A DNA stretch of 64,000 nt from an uncultured Acidobacteriota bacterium (GTDB lineage Bacteria; Acidobacteriota; Thermoanaerobaculia; Multivoradales; SZUA-115): contig CAWDVR010000001.1 of the NCBI GenBank assembly GCA_963805975.1, forward strand, positions 896,001-960,000. Reading direction: 5' to 3'. A model generated the notes under the pieces. That model was not told where the DNA came from and made no database searches. It was given only the letters and a program-made list of their open reading frames with translations. The first letter of the stretch is position 1. The number at the start of each line of letters is the position of its first letter. Positions 49,216 through 58,658 of the stretch are shown one piece after another. The position numbers and the translations under genes are program-made.

Positions 49216-50655
49216 ATGTTGACTCCCGTCACCCTGCCCCTCTGGCTGGTGGTGGTGCTCGTGCTGCTCGCCGCCTGGTCCGCGGGCAGCCTGTTCCTCA
49301 TCCCCAGCTTTCGCTGGTTCGTCCGCCGGCGGGTGAACCGCGCCATCGAGGAGGTCAACACTCGCCTGCGCATCCGCATCCAGCCCTTCAAGCTCACCAA
49401 GCGCGAGGTGCTGATCGACCGCCTGAGCTACGACCCGCAGGTGCTCGAGGCGGTCGAGGCCCGTGCCCGCGAGCAGGGTGTGCCACGGGAGATCGCGATG
49501 GCCGAGGTGCGGCGCTACGCCGGCGAGATCGTGCCGGCGTTCAACGCCTATCTCTACTTCCGGCTCGGTTACTCGTCGGCGCGCTGGGTGGCGCGGCGGC
49601 TCTACCGAGTGCGCCTGGGCTCCTCGGACGATGCGGCGCTCGCCGCCATCCCGCCGCAGTCGACCGTCGTCTTCGTCATCAACCACCGCAGCAACATGGA
49701 TTACGTGCTGGTCTCCTACCTGGCGGCGGAGCGCACGGCGCTCTCCTACGCGGTGGGGGAGTGGGCGCGCATCTGGCCGCTGCAGCAGTTGATCCGCGCC
49801 ATGGGCGCCTACTTCGTGCGCCGCAACTCCAAGAACCCGCTCTACCGGCGCGTGCTCGAGCGCTACGTCCACATGGCGACCGCGGCGGGCGTCACCCAGG
49901 CGGTGTTTCCGGAGGGCGGCCTGTCGCGCGACGGCGCGCTCCGCCCGCCACGCCTGGGCCTGCTCGACTACATGCTGCGCGATTTCACCGTGTCGCCGGA
50001 GGGGGGCTCGGGCGAGCGCGACCTGGTGTTCGTGCCGGTGGCGATCAACTACGACCGCGTGCTCGAGGACCGTACCCTGCTGCTCGACACGCTGCCGGAA
50101 GGGGAGCGCCGCCCGGCGCCCGCGCTCTCGACCACGCTGCGCTTCGTGGGCAGGAACCTCTGGCAGATGGTGGTCAGTGACTGGCACCGCTTCGGCTACG
50201 CCTGCGTGAACTTCGGCACCCCGGTGTCGCTCTCCACCTTCCTGGCGGCCGAAGGGGTCGACCTCCAGACCCTCGATCGCGAGCAGCGCATCGCGGTCAC
50301 CGCGAAGCTCGCCGGGCGGCTGATGAAAGAGATCGGCGCCGTGGTGCCGGTGATCCCCGTGCCCGTGGTGTGTACGGTGCTGCTCGAGGCGGGGGAGGCG
50401 TGGCTCTCCGAGATCGAGGTCAAGAGCCGCTTCTTCGCCAAGCTCTCCGCCCTGCAAGCCGCGGGCGCCCAGGTCTACATCCCGCGCCGCGACGAGGACT
50501 ACATGGCCGCCGTGGGCCTGCGCATGCTGCGCCTGCGCCGGCTGGTGGAGGAGAAGGACGGTCTGTTCCGAGCGCGACCCGAGGAGAGGCGCGTGCTGGC
50601 CTACTACGCGAGGTCGATCGAGCACCTCGAAAGCGGCCCCACGACCGCGTCTTGA
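49216..50655 (+). CDS. Glycerol-3-phosphate acyltransferase-like (PlsB/PlsC domain)
   Basis: NHRSNMDY (HX4D), GAYFVRR, FPEGGLSRDG and VPVAINY. Confidence 0.85.
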   Translation: MLTPVTLPLWLVVVLVLLAAWSAGSLFLIPSFRWFVRRRVNRAIEEVNTRLRIRIQPFKLTKREVLIDRLSYDPQVLEAVEARAREQGVPREIAMAEVRRYAGEIVPAFNAYLYFRLGYSSARWVARRLYRVRLGSSDDAALAAIPPQSTVVFVINHRSNMDYVLVSYLAAERTALSYAVGEWARIWPLQQLIRAMGAYFVRRNSKNPLYRRVLERYVHMATAAGVTQAVFPEGGLSRDGALRPPRLGLLDYMLRDFTVSPEGGSGERDLVFVPVAINYDRVLEDRTLLLDTLPEGERRPAPALSTTLRFVGRNLWQMVVSDWHRFGYACVNFGTPVSLSTFLAAEGVDLQTLDREQRIAVTAKLAGRLMKEIGAVVPVIPVPVVCTVLLEAGEAWLSEIEVKSRFFAKLSALQAAGAQVYIPRRDEDYMAAVGLRMLRLRRLVEEKDGLFRARPEERRVLAYYARSIEHLESGPTTAS

Positions 50656-50663
50656 AGTCGCCG

Positions 50664-51971
50664 CTACGTTCGCCGGTCGCCGGCCCCTGCTGCGCGGCGC
50701 GGAGAACCGCCACTGATTCCGTGCTCGGCGGCCACGCGGTCGTAGTACTCGATCACCTGGCGGACGTAGGCGCGCTTCTCGCGGTAGGTGCCGGGGAAAA
50801 AACAGCGCTTGAAGCCGTAGATCGCCACCGTGCGCAGCTCCGAGGGCGTCATCGAAAAGGCCTCGCAGGCCTGCGCCAGCTCCCGCGTCACCGAGGTGCG
50901 GGAGACCAGCCGGTTGTCCGTGCAGAGGGCGACCGAGAGGCGGTCGCGCAGCATGCGGCCGAAGGGGTGGTCCGCCACGCTCTTCAACTGCGGCATGGTC
51001 TGTAAGTTCGAGGTGATGCAGACCTCGAGTGTCACCCGCCGGTGGGCGATGTACTCGGAGAGCTGTTCCACGTAACGCTCGGCCTGGGGGTCCTTGACCA
51101 GCTCGGTCGCGTAGAGGTGTGTGCCGTGACCGATGCGGTCGGCGTCCAGCTTGGTGATCGCCTGGAAGATGCTCTCCGGGCCGTAGGCCTCGCCGGCGTG
51201 CACCGTCTTCTTGAGGAAGTGGCGGTGCGCGAAGCTGAACGCCTGCACGTGGTCGGAGGCCGGGTTTCCGGCCTCGGCACCGGCCAGGTCGAAGCCCACG
51301 ATCGGCAGCCCGAAACGGTCGCGGGCGTCGATCACGCTCCGCGCCAGCGCCAGCGAGGCGACGCCGAAGACCTCGCGCCGCGGCGCCTTCTCCAGCACGC
51401 CGATCAGGTCTTTGTAGTAGGGCGCGAAGCCGGCGGTGAACATGCGCATGGCGCAGGTGATGATGCCGTAGCGGAAGGGCGGCTCGCCGCGCTCGCGCAC
51501 CGCCGGCGAAGCCTCGTGCTCGCGGCGGGCGCGCTCCATCCCGCGGCTCACGGCGGCGATCACCTGGCCGACGTCGAAGCCCGGCCGCACGTGGAGCTGC
51601 GGCGCAAAGCGCACCTCGACGTAGCGCACGCCCTCGGTGAGCGAGTCCTCGGCCAGCTCGTAGGCCGCGCGCTCCAGGCTCTCGGGGTCGATGAGCACGG
51701 CGCAGGTGTAGGCGAAGCCGTGCAGGTAGTCCGGCAGGTCGCGGTAGCTCTCTTTGAAGACCAGCTCGAGCAGGCCCTCGGGAGTCTGCGAGGGCAGCTT
51801 CACTCCCCGCTCGCGGGCCAGCTCGATCAGCGTCGGCAGGCGCAGCGAACCGTCGAGGTGGACGTGCAGATCGGTCTTGGGGAGCGCTTCTAGGAACGCC
51901 TGCGAAAAGGGGCGGGAGGCGGGAGAGTCTGGGAGAGGCGGGCTCGATTTTGTCGTGGATTGCTCAGCCAT
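50664..51971 (-). CDS. add: Adenosine deaminase family protein
   Basis: DLHVHLDGS, TVHAGE, RIGHG, EVCITSN and CTDN motifs. Confidence 0.88.
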   Translation of the reverse strand: MAEQSTTKSSPPLPDSPASRPFSQAFLEALPKTDLHVHLDGSLRLPTLIELARERGVKLPSQTPEGLLELVFKESYRDLPDYLHGFAYTCAVLIDPESLERAAYELAEDSLTEGVRYVEVRFAPQLHVRPGFDVGQVIAAVSRGMERARREHEASPAVRERGEPPFRYGIITCAMRMFTAGFAPYYKDLIGVLEKAPRREVFGVASLALARSVIDARDRFGLPIVGFDLAGAEAGNPASDHVQAFSFAHRHFLKKTVHAGEAYGPESIFQAITKLDADRIGHGTHLYATELVKDPQAERYVEQLSEYIAHRRVTLEVCITSNLQTMPQLKSVADHPFGRMLRDRLSVALCTDNRLVSRTSVTRELAQACEAFSMTPSELRTVAIYGFKRCFFPGTYREKRAYVRQVIEYYDRVAAEHGISGGSPRRAAGAGDRRT

Positions 51972-51982
51972 GACGCAGCATG

Positions 51983-52966
51983 TCAGAGATCGCCGCCCGG
52001 TGTCGAGCCGACGAGGAGCGCGGCCATCACCTCGCCGTCGACGTTGCCGCCCGAGAGGATGACGCCGATCCTCGCCCCCGGCTCGCGCACCGCGCCCGAC
52101 AGCAGAGCCGCCACGGGCAGCGCGCCCGACGGCTCGACCACCAGCTTCAGGCGGAAGAAGAGGAAGCGGACCGCGTCCATGATCGCCTGCTCGGAGACCG
52201 TTCGCATGTCCGCCACCAGCTCGCGCACCAGCGGGAACGTGAGCCGGCCGAGCGACGGGGTACGGGTGCCGTCGGCGATCGTCGGCGGGTTGCTCACGGT
52301 TTGCAGCACCCCGGTGCGAAAGGAGCGGGTCGCGTCGTCCGCCAGCTCGGGCTCGATACCGATCACCCGGCAGCCGGGGCTCGCCGTGCGCGCCGCGAGC
52401 GCCGAGCCGGAGAGCAATCCGCCACCGCCGCAGGGGGTGAGCAGAACGTCGAGGGGACCGGCCTCCTCGCAAAGCTCCAACGCCGCCGTGCCCTGGCCGG
52501 CGATGACGTGCGGATGGTCGTACGGCGGGATCAGCACCAGGCCGCGCTCGCGGTTGATCTCGGCGGTCACCTGCTCGCGATCGTGCTTCGCCGAGTCGTA
52601 GAGGACCACCTCCGCCCCGTAGCCCGCGGTTGCGGCGCGCTTGGCGGCCGGGGCGCTCGCCGGCATCACGATCGTCGTCGCCACCCCCAGGAGCCGCCCG
52701 GCGAGGGCCACGCCCTGGGCATGGTTGCCGGAGGAGAAGGCGAGCACGCCGCGCCGCTTCTCGTCCTCGGAGAGCCGCGAGATCGCGTTGTAGGCGCCGC
52801 GGATCTTGAAGGCGCCGACGCGCTGCAAGTTCTCGCACTTGAGGAAGACGCGGGCGCCGCAGAGCTCGTCGAGCGTGGTGCTGGTGGCGACCGGCGTGCG
52901 GTGCGCCACGCCCACCAGCCGCTCGCGCGCGCTGGCCACGTCCTCGAAGCTGGGGAGGCTCTCCAT
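51983..52966 (-). CDS. PLP-dependent serine/threonine dehydratase family (threo-3-hydroxyaspartate ammonia-lyase-like)
   Basis: KCENLQRVGAFKIRGA, SSGNHAQ, GGGGL, EPSGA and SGGN motifs. Confidence 0.88.
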   Translation of the reverse strand: MESLPSFEDVASARERLVGVAHRTPVATSTTLDELCGARVFLKCENLQRVGAFKIRGAYNAISRLSEDEKRRGVLAFSSGNHAQGVALAGRLLGVATTIVMPASAPAAKRAATAGYGAEVVLYDSAKHDREQVTAEINRERGLVLIPPYDHPHVIAGQGTAALELCEEAGPLDVLLTPCGGGGLLSGSALAARTASPGCRVIGIEPELADDATRSFRTGVLQTVSNPPTIADGTRTPSLGRLTFPLVRELVADMRTVSEQAIMDAVRFLFFRLKLVVEPSGALPVAALLSGAVREPGARIGVILSGGNVDGEVMAALLVGSTPGGDL

Positions 52967-53000
52967 GAAGGGCGAAGCGTACCATCCGGCATGGGGTCGC

Positions 53001-53087
53001 CTAGGGGGTCGGTCGCGACTTGGACGGTGCGCAGCGTTACCCGAAGGGGGCGTCGAGCACCGGACCAAGTCACGACCGACCCCCTAG
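53001..53087. repeat. Palindromic dispersed element, copy C (CTAG-bounded)
   Basis: 23-bp arms with one mismatch, CTAG at both ends; core GCGCAG..CCCGAAGGG..TCGAGCACCG. Confidence 0.85.
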
Positions 53088-53194
53088 CCGACTCACGACT
53101 GTGACGCGCTCCGGGGTTCTCAGGCCGGGAGCCTCGCGATAGACTGGCTCCTGCTCGGAGCACCCGGACCATCCGGCGCGGCTCTTTCTTTCGC

Positions 53195-54061
53195 ATGGCT
53201 TCCCGCACTCTCTCCCTCGCAATCCTCGTCCTGGTGTTCGCCGCCACGGCGTCCGCCGTGCCCGCCAGGCTGGCGCACGTCGAGGTCGAGCTGATCTCGG
53301 AGACCACCAGCCTCGCTCGCGGCGGCCCTCCGAGCCGGGTGGCGCTCCGTCTCAGGCCTGATCCGGGTTGGCACGTCTACTGGATCAACCCGGGCGACTC
53401 GGGCCTCGCCACCAGCCTGCGCTGGTCTCTGCCGGAGGGCGTCGAGGCCGGCCCGATCGAGTGGCCCCGCCCGCACGCCCATGCCTTCGGCGAGCTCACC
53501 AACTACGGCTATGCCGAGGAAGTGCTGCACCTGGTGCCGATCTCGGTGGCTGCCGACTGGCCCGCCGGCAAGCCGGTGCGGCTCGAGGCCGAGGCGAAGT
53601 GGCTGGTCTGCGAGGAGGTCTGCATTCCGGGCAAGGCCGATCTCGCGCTCGAGCTGCCGGTCGCCGCAAGCCCGAAACCCGATCCGCAGCGGGCCGCGGC
53701 GTTCGCCACGGCGCGGGCGGAGCTGCCGCGCGAGGCGCCGCCGGGCTGGCGTGCCCGCTTTGCCGTGGCGGACGGGGTGCTCTCCCTGGCGGTCGAGGGC
53801 GCGCCGCGGGGCGCCGACCGCGTCGAGCTCTTTCCCGAGGCCAACGATCTCGTGGACCACGCCGCTCCGCAGCGGGTGGAGGAGGGCGCGGATGGCCTGC
53901 TGCGGATCTCCCAGGAGCTGAGCAGCTACTTCGTCTCGCCGCCGGCCGAAGTGCGCGGGGTGCTGGTGCTCTACGAAGGGCGGGTGGCCAGGGCTTTTCA
54001 CCTCCGCGCCCTCCCCGGTAAGGTGGCCGTGGTCCCTCCACGGCCTCATCGCCAACCCTGA
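53195..54061 (+). CDS. Stand-alone DsbD N-terminal-like periplasmic protein
   Basis: Signal peptide, GWHVYWINPGDSG and WLVCEEVCIP; no TM or thioredoxin domain. Confidence 0.8.
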   Translation: MASRTLSLAILVLVFAATASAVPARLAHVEVELISETTSLARGGPPSRVALRLRPDPGWHVYWINPGDSGLATSLRWSLPEGVEAGPIEWPRPHAHAFGELTNYGYAEEVLHLVPISVAADWPAGKPVRLEAEAKWLVCEEVCIPGKADLALELPVAASPKPDPQRAAAFATARAELPREAPPGWRARFAVADGVLSLAVEGAPRGADRVELFPEANDLVDHAAPQRVEEGADGLLRISQELSSYFVSPPAEVRGVLVLYEGRVARAFHLRALPGKVAVVPPRPHRQP

Positions 54062-54102
54062 ACATCCACCGTCGACTCGCTCGACACCCGAGGAGCTCAA
54101 CC

Positions 54103-54705
54103 ATGCGTCTCACCCCTGCTCTCCTGCTCGCCTCTACTCTCGTCGCCAGCTCGGCCCAGGCCACCGCGCCCAAGGTCGGCGAGGCGGCGCCGGCCTTCTC
54201 CGCCGTCAACAGCCAGGGCAAGACAGTTCAGCTCTCGGACCTGCGCGGCAAGTTCGTGGTGCTCGAGTGGACCAACAACGAGTGCCCCTTCGTCAAGAAG
54301 CACTACGCCTCCGGCAACATGCAGGCCCTGCAGAAGGAGGCGGCGGACAAGGGCGTGGTCTGGCTGTCGATCATCTCCTCGGCGCCCGGCAAGCAAGGCC
54401 ACGTCGACACCGCCCGCGCCAACGCCCTGACCGAGGAGCGGGGCGCCGCGCCGGCACAGGTGCTGCTCGACGAGTCCGGGGCCGTCGGCCGGGCGTACGA
54501 AGCCAAGACCACGCCGCACATGTTCGTCATCGACCCCGAGGGCAAGCTGCTCTACATGGGCGGCATCGACAGCATCCCGAGCGCCGAGGCGGGGGACATC
54601 GCCACCGCCAAGCCCTACGTCAAGCTGGCGTTGGCGGAAGCGCTGGCCGGCAAGCCGGTGACCGACGCCGTCACCAAGCCCTACGGCTGCTCGGTCAAGT
54701 ACTGA
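54103..54705 (+). CDS. Secreted redoxin (AhpC/TSA-like thioredoxin family)
   Basis: VLEWTNNECPFV, AKTTPHMF and YGCSVKY motifs. Confidence 0.85.
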   Translation: MRLTPALLLASTLVASSAQATAPKVGEAAPAFSAVNSQGKTVQLSDLRGKFVVLEWTNNECPFVKKHYASGNMQALQKEAADKGVVWLSIISSAPGKQGHVDTARANALTEERGAAPAQVLLDESGAVGRAYEAKTTPHMFVIDPEGKLLYMGGIDSIPSAEAGDIATAKPYVKLALAEALAGKPVTDAVTKPYGCSVKY

Positions 54706-54742
54706 GGCGGATCGCGGCTGCCGAGATTTTTTAAGCAAAGCA

Positions 54743-54771
54743 TTGGCAAGCGGCCATGGCCGTGGTAGCCT
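54743..54771 (+). promoter_or_regulatory. Putative sigma70 promoter with extended -10
   Basis: TTGGCA-17 bp-TAGCCT preceded by TG; T/A tract upstream. Confidence 0.5.
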
Positions 54772-54946
54772 CCGGCCGATTCACCAATCTTTTGCTGGGG
54801 GGTGATGGTTTCTTAGAAGCTGGAACACGGCTTCGAGATCTGACGGACCAAAGTTGTGCTCGATGCGACCGATCTCCGGGACCCCGGTGGGGTGGACCGG
54901 CTCGGTCAATGAAACTATCTCTGGTTGTGGAAGGAGAGACTCCAAG

Positions 54947-56269
54947 ATGAACAAAAAGATCCTGATCGCGGCCCTACTCGGGCTGGCCCTCCTGGGCGGC
55001 CAGGCCGTGGCGGAGATCGGGACGATCGACGACGTGCCGGCGGCGACCTTGCTGCTGCCGTACTTCGCGGTCGATCTCAACGATCCGCTGGCCTTGACGA
55101 CCCTGTTCTCGATCAACAATGCCTCGGCGGCCCCGGCGATCGCCCACGTCACTCTGTGGACGGACCTGTCGGTACCGACGCTCGACTTCAACGTCTACCT
55201 GACCGGGTATGACGTGGTCACGTTCAACCTGCGCGACCTGTTCACCACGGGCACGGTGCCGTCGACCGAGCACATCAACGACGGCGATGCGATCTCGCCG
55301 GTGGGTATTTTCTCGTTGGTGACCAACCCGATCACGGGCGTGGGCCCGGGCTCGACGTCGTGCAACGGCCAGTTGCCGTTGCCGCCGCTGCCGGGCATTC
55401 TGTTGAACCACATTCGTGCGGCGCACACCGGTTTGGCTTCGCCGGTGGTGTTCGGTGGTCTGTGCTCGGGTGTGGAGTATGGCGACAACATTGCTCGCGG
55501 TTACATCACGATCGACAGCGTGAACTTCTGCACGCTGGACTTCCCCGGCGACACCGGTTACTTCATTGCCGGTGGCAACGGTGCGGCGAACAACCTGAAC
55601 CAGCTGTGGGGCGACTACTTCTACGTCAATTCGGGTGAGAACTTCGCGCAGGGCGAGACGCTGGTGCATCTCGAGGCGTCGGCGGCTCTGGGTGCGGCGA
55701 ACTACACGTACTACCGTCGGTACAGCGGCGGCGCTGACCAGCGCGAGGGCATGGGCTCGACGTTCGCGGTGCGTTACAACGATGGTGGTGCGTTCTCGGG
55801 TGGTACGAGCCTGGTGGTGTGGCGCGATGCGAAGCGGACGATCTTCCCGTTCTCGTGCGCTCTGACGGCTCCGGCTCCGTATCCGTTGGGTCAGACGCAG
55901 ATCGTGATCTTCGACGAAGACGAGAACCCGGACGTTCCGGAGTCCTCGCCGTTCTCGCCGGTGATCCCGGGTACGTCTCTGCTGCCGTTCCCGTGGGAGA
56001 CGCAGTCGACGCAGGTCAACGGTCCGGACTTCCCGGTGCCGTTCAACTTCGGTTGGCTGTACCTGAACCTGAACGCCGCAGTGGCGGGCAGCCAGGTGCC
56101 GTTCGAGCCGATCATGCAGAACTGGGTGACGGCGTTGATGGATGCCGACGGTCGGTTCAGCGTGGGCTTCGATGCGATCCAGCTCGACAACGTGACCGAC
56201 CCGGCCACGGCGACGAACATCCTGCTCCCGGTCTGCGACGGCGCACCGGATCCGGCTGGCTGCTTCTAA
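54947..56269 (+). CDS. Secreted hypothetical protein, candidate S-layer/surface protein
   Basis: MNKKILIA signal peptide, AAGGAG RBS, DDVPAATLLLPYF N-terminal motif; acidic, G/T/N-rich and Lys-poor. Confidence 0.75.
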   Translation: MNKKILIAALLGLALLGGQAVAEIGTIDDVPAATLLLPYFAVDLNDPLALTTLFSINNASAAPAIAHVTLWTDLSVPTLDFNVYLTGYDVVTFNLRDLFTTGTVPSTEHINDGDAISPVGIFSLVTNPITGVGPGSTSCNGQLPLPPLPGILLNHIRAAHTGLASPVVFGGLCSGVEYGDNIARGYITIDSVNFCTLDFPGDTGYFIAGGNGAANNLNQLWGDYFYVNSGENFAQGETLVHLEASAALGAANYTYYRRYSGGADQREGMGSTFAVRYNDGGAFSGGTSLVVWRDAKRTIFPFSCALTAPAPYPLGQTQIVIFDEDENPDVPESSPFSPVIPGTSLLPFPWETQSTQVNGPDFPVPFNFGWLYLNLNAAVAGSQVPFEPIMQNWVTALMDADGRFSVGFDAIQLDNVTDPATATNILLPVCDGAPDPAGCF

Positions 56270-56290
56270 GCACTCTCCGAGCTGCAAGCG

Positions 56291-56330
56291 AAAGGGCGGG
56301 CTCCGGGCAACCGGGCCCGCCTTTTTTCTT
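56291..56330 (+). terminator. Rho-independent terminator
   Basis: GC stem GGCGGGCTCCGG-GCAA-CCGGGCCCGCC followed by a T-tract. Confidence 0.88.
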
Positions 56331-56332
56331 TC

Positions 56333-57118
56333 TCAGCCGACGATCGAAGGGTCGAGGTCCACGCTCACCGGGCAGTGGTCCGAGCCCAGCACCTCGGCGT
56401 GGATCGCCGCGCTCCTGACGTGCGGCAGGGCGCCGGGAGAGGCCAGCACGTAGTCCAGCCGCCAGCCGACGTTCTTCTCCCGTACCCCGTAGCGCTGGCT
56501 CCACCACGAATAGTGGCCGCCGCCCTTCTCGAAGAGGCGGAAGGTGTCGGTCCAGCCGTGGCCGAGCCAGCGTGCGAGCTCGCGCCGCTCCTCGGGCCGG
56601 AAGCCGCTGGTCTCGCGGTTCTCCCGCGGCCGGGCGAGGTCGATCTCCTGGTGCGCGGTGTTGAGGTCGCCCATCACCAGGATCGGCACGCCGGCCCGCT
56701 TCTCGGGCTCGAGCAGGTTGAACAGGCGGCGGTAGAAGGAGAGCTTGTAGGGAATGCGCGAGAGGTCGCGCTCCCTGCCGTTGCCGTTCGGGAAGTAGGC
56801 GTTGACCACCAGCAGGCGGCCGAAGCGGGCGAGCTGCACGCGGCCCTCGCGGTCGAATCGCGGGCGGGAGACCGAGGTCACGAGGGCGTCGGGCAGGCGC
56901 CGGGAGAAGAGGCCCACACCGCTGTAGCCGGGACGCTCGGCCGGGGAGATCGCCAGGTGCCAGCCGGGCCGGGCGCAGAGCTCCGGCGCGATCTGCTCGG
57001 GCCTTGCCCGCACCTCCTGCAGGGCGACGATCTCCGCGCCGCAGCCCTCCAGCCAGTCACCAAACCCCTTGCTGGCGCAGGAGCGGAGGCCGTTCACGTT
57101 CCAGGAAGCGATGCGCAC
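56333..57118 (-). CDS. xth: Exodeoxyribonuclease III
   Basis: SWNVNGLR, LQE, YFPNG, GDLNTAH, GWRLDY and SDHCPV motifs. Confidence 0.93.
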   Translation of the reverse strand: MRIASWNVNGLRSCASKGFGDWLEGCGAEIVALQEVRARPEQIAPELCARPGWHLAISPAERPGYSGVGLFSRRLPDALVTSVSRPRFDREGRVQLARFGRLLVVNAYFPNGNGRERDLSRIPYKLSFYRRLFNLLEPEKRAGVPILVMGDLNTAHQEIDLARPRENRETSGFRPEERRELARWLGHGWTDTFRLFEKGGGHYSWWSQRYGVREKNVGWRLDYVLASPGALPHVRSAAIHAEVLGSDHCPVSVDLDPSIVG

Positions 57119-57131
57119 TGTCGAGGCCCGA

Positions 57132-58632
57132 TCAGAGCACCAGGCGAACCACGAGCCAGCACCAGGCGGCGGCGAGGAGCGCGGCGGCGAGGTCGAGGAG
57201 CACGCCCAGGCGGGCCATGCGTGGAATCGTGACATAGCCCGAGCCGAAGACGATGGCGTTGGGCGGAGTACCGGCCGGCAGGGCAAAGTCGCAGGAACAG
57301 CCGATGGTCGCGGCGAACAGCACCGTGGTCATCATCTCGGGCGAGGCGGCCTCGCGGAGCACGGGCAGCAGCACGGCGATGGTGGCGGTGTTGGAGGCCA
57401 CGGCCGAGAGGCCCGACGGCGGCCCCCGCTGCCATCAGCACCTGGGAAAACGGCTCGAGACCGGCGACACCCGCGAGCCGAGCGCCCAGAAAGGCCGACA
57501 GACCGCTGCCCTGGATGGCCGCCGCCATGGCGAAGCCACCACCCAGGAGGAGCAGGGTCTCCCAGGGTACGGCCAGGAGAGAGCGCGGGGCGAGAATGCG
57601 CCGTACCGTCCCCCCGTTGCGATGCGGCCAGGCGAGGAGCACCAGCGCTGCCAGCACGGCGATCCCGGCCTCGACGTGGGCGGAGCCCAGCTCGAAGGCG
57701 CTCACGCGGGGCTTGAGGATCGAAGTGATTCCCTTGCTGCCGATCCACAGCGCAGCGGTGGCCAGGAAGACGCCGAGCACGATCTTCTCGGCCTTCTCGA
57801 CCCTGCCCAGCCGGCCCAGCTCGGCCGCCACGACCTCGGCCCCCAGGTCGCCCGTGAGGCCGTCGCGCCGGCCGAGGCGCCACAGCCCGTACCAGACGAT
57901 GGGGAGGAAGAAGAACACGAACGGCAGCCCGACCACGAGGAACTGCAGGAAGGAGATGGGAGTGCCGAGCCGCTCCAGGAAGCCCGAGAACTGGGCGTTG
58001 GGAGCGGTGCCGATCTTGGTGCCGATGCCGCCGACGTTGGCGCCGTAGGCCACCGCCAGCATGATCGCCATGCCGTAGCTCGCCAGGCGCCGGCCGCCGA
58101 GCTGGGCCTCGATCTGGGCGATGATCGCGATGCCGATCGGCATCATCATCGCGGCGGTGGCGGTGTTGGAGATCCACAGCGAGATGAAGGCGGTCGCCAC
58201 CAGGGTGCCCGCGAGGAGGCGCCGCGGGTCGGTGCCGATCGCCTGCATGATGCCGAGCGCGATCCGCCGGTGCAGGTCCCACTGCTGCATGGCAGCCGCG
58301 ATCGCCATGCCGCCGGCGAAGAGGAAGATGTAGGGATCGAGGTAGGCCTGGACGGTCCGCCCGAGGTTGGCGCTCGCGCCGCCGGCAAAGGCGTGGAGGA
58401 CCGGGAACACCACCAGGGGAACACAGGCCGTCCAGTAGATCGGCAGCGCTTCGGTGAGCCACCAGATCGCCATCAGGCAGGCGACCGCCGCGGCATGAGC
58501 GGGCCGCGTACCTTCCGGGCCGCGGGCAAGAGGTGTGTCGGCGAAAGCCAGAAAGGCGAAGACAGCGAGGCCGCCCACCAACCCGACCAGACGCAACCCG
58601 GCCAGGCGCCAGGGGCTTCTTAGACTGTGCAT
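57132..58632 (-). CDS. SLC13/DASS anion permease, frameshifted at ~57413
   Basis: WWLTEALP, WISNTAT, IGTAPN, ASNTAT and PAGTPPNAI; an extra G splits off the last TMs. Confidence 0.88.
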
Positions 58633-58658
58633 TGGCGGCCGGGAGTCTAACCGACCGC

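Noticed and set aside
50664-52985. Apparent dehydratase-deaminase fusion ORF
   Set aside because: The dehydratase is in a different frame with its own stop at 51983; the deaminase starts at 51971.
54820-54836. CTGGAACACGGCTTCGA as a sigma54 promoter
   Set aside because: It lacks the conserved GC at -12.
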